DNA from: Candidatus Electrothrix sp. GW3-4
GTDB taxonomy: Bacteria; Desulfobacterota; Desulfobulbia; Desulfobulbales; Desulfobulbaceae
DNA length: 32,000 nucleotides
Assembly: GCF_037902255.1 (NCBI RefSeq)
Contig: NZ_CP147990.1
Coordinates: 630,001-662,000 of the forward strand
Reading direction: 5' to 3'
Shown here one piece after another: positions 31,097 through 32,000 of the stretch. The position numbers and the translations under genes were made by a program. Below the pieces are notes generated by a model. That model was not told where the DNA came from. It saw nothing but the letters and a program-made list of their open reading frames with translations, and made no database searches. Every line of letters begins with the position of its first letter. Position 1 is the first letter of the stretch.

Positions 31097-32000
31097 TTAC
31101 AGCAAAAGAAAAAGGACACTCGGAAGGAATCTCGATACGGCAGATAAGCGATGATGCATAATGAGGCCTTGGTCTCCCACGGCAAAAACATCATTATGAG
31201 TTCCCCATATCGCATAAATATAAGAGCTGTAGGGAAACGAAATCTGAATTCCTATATCCATCTTTTTCCATACTTCACCATCATAATGCAAAATTGTATT
31301 GAGTCCAACTGCAAAAACATCGGTGCTGCTCCTGCCCCAGACAGCATTAAGAGAAGGGCCAGACGCCATATGAGTCCATACTGTACCATCATAATGCAGG
31401 ATCGATCCCCAGCGTCCTACGACAAAAATATCATTACCGCTCGTACCCCAGATTCCTTCAAGATTTTCCTGCGTTCCTGATACCATTGCACTCCAACCTG
31501 TACCATCATAATGCAGGATTGTTCCCTCTTCACCCACCGCAAAAACATCATTGTCACCGGCCCCCCAGATTCCGTTAAGTCGATTGATGCTCCCCGACAA
31601 CATAGGAGTCCAAGTAGATCCGTCGTAATGTTGTATGATTGCCTGCTGAGGCATGTAGTCATATCCCACCGCAAAAACATTACTATCGCTGGAGCCCCAG
31701 ACACCATTAAGATATCCGTCAGTTCCTGATGTCATGGGATTCCAGGCAGTGCCATCATAATGCTCAATCGACCCTCTGTCACCTACCGCAAAAACATCGG
31801 TACCGCTGTTACCCCAGACAGCATTAAGAGAAGGACCAGATTTCATAGGAGTCCATGCTGTACCATCATAATGCATGATAGAATTGATGGTACCAAAGAA
31901 CCACGAATCCCAATATCCCACCGCAAAGACATCAGTAGCACTACTACCCCAAATACCATAAAGAGGATACTCTGTTCCTGATGCTGTCATAGGCGTCGCT
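31097..32000 (-). CDS. Beta-propeller-type repeat protein (5' end off-window)
   Basis: At least seven ~36-44-aa blades with the pattern (I/L)xHYDG(T/S)xWxxMxSG...LNG(I/V)WG.S..DVFAVG. The frame stays open upstream of the M at 31990 (…ATPMTASGTEYPLYGIWG fits the repeat), so the gene continues beyond 32000. Confidence 0.8.
   Translation of the reverse strand, partial: ATPMTASGTEYPLYGIWGSSATDVFAVGYWDSWFFGTINSIMHYDGTAWTPMKSGPSLNAVWGNSGTDVFAVGDRGSIEHYDGTAWNPMTSGTDGYLNGVWGSSDSNVFAVGYDYMPQQAIIQHYDGSTWTPMLSGSINRLNGIWGAGDNDVFAVGEEGTILHYDGTGWSAMVSGTQENLEGIWGTSGNDIFVVGRWGSILHYDGTVWTHMASGPSLNAVWGRSSTDVFAVGLNTILHYDGEVWKKMDIGIQISFPYSSYIYAIWGTHNDVFAVGDQGLIMHHRLSAVSRFLPSVLFLLL

Overview
The window has two parts. 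All family assignments below come from motif recognition by eye; no searches or folding programs were run.

(A) 1-22100 is a conserved housekeeping backbone. The genome is probably Desulfobacterota/deltaproteobacterium-like, but that taxon guess is weak inference.
- Plus strand: a decayed group II intron remnant, kdsB, an LDH-type mdh, a long YvcK/CofD-family protein with an unexplained C-terminal half, an orphan receiver, a protein with a C-terminal J-domain, an asymmetric heterodimeric ABC exporter pair, and a secreted FISUMP-domain protein.
- Minus strand: an ABC ATPase, phoH, a DsbA-like oxidoreductase, and a paralogous secreted repeat protein.
- Then tRNA-Leu(UAG), tig-clpP-clpX-lon, and tRNA-Val(UAC)/tRNA-Asp(GUC).

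(B) 22100-32000 is an accessory island that looks more AT-rich by eye. It begins just after the tRNA-Asp terminator.
- An IS3-type MITE-like element.
- A RelE/ParE + RHH toxin-antitoxin cassette bracketed by 83-bp IS-end repeats.
- A YhaV-family toxin preceded by an unrecognisable 290-aa partner. This is my best candidate for an undescribed system.
- A three-level nested IS: an IS3-family element inside an IS66-family remnant inside an IS1634-family element, with an exact 8-bp target duplication.
- A stand-alone NERD-nuclease/SF1-helicase fusion gene.
- A beta-propeller repeat protein that runs off the window.

I saw no rRNA, CRISPR array or integrase.
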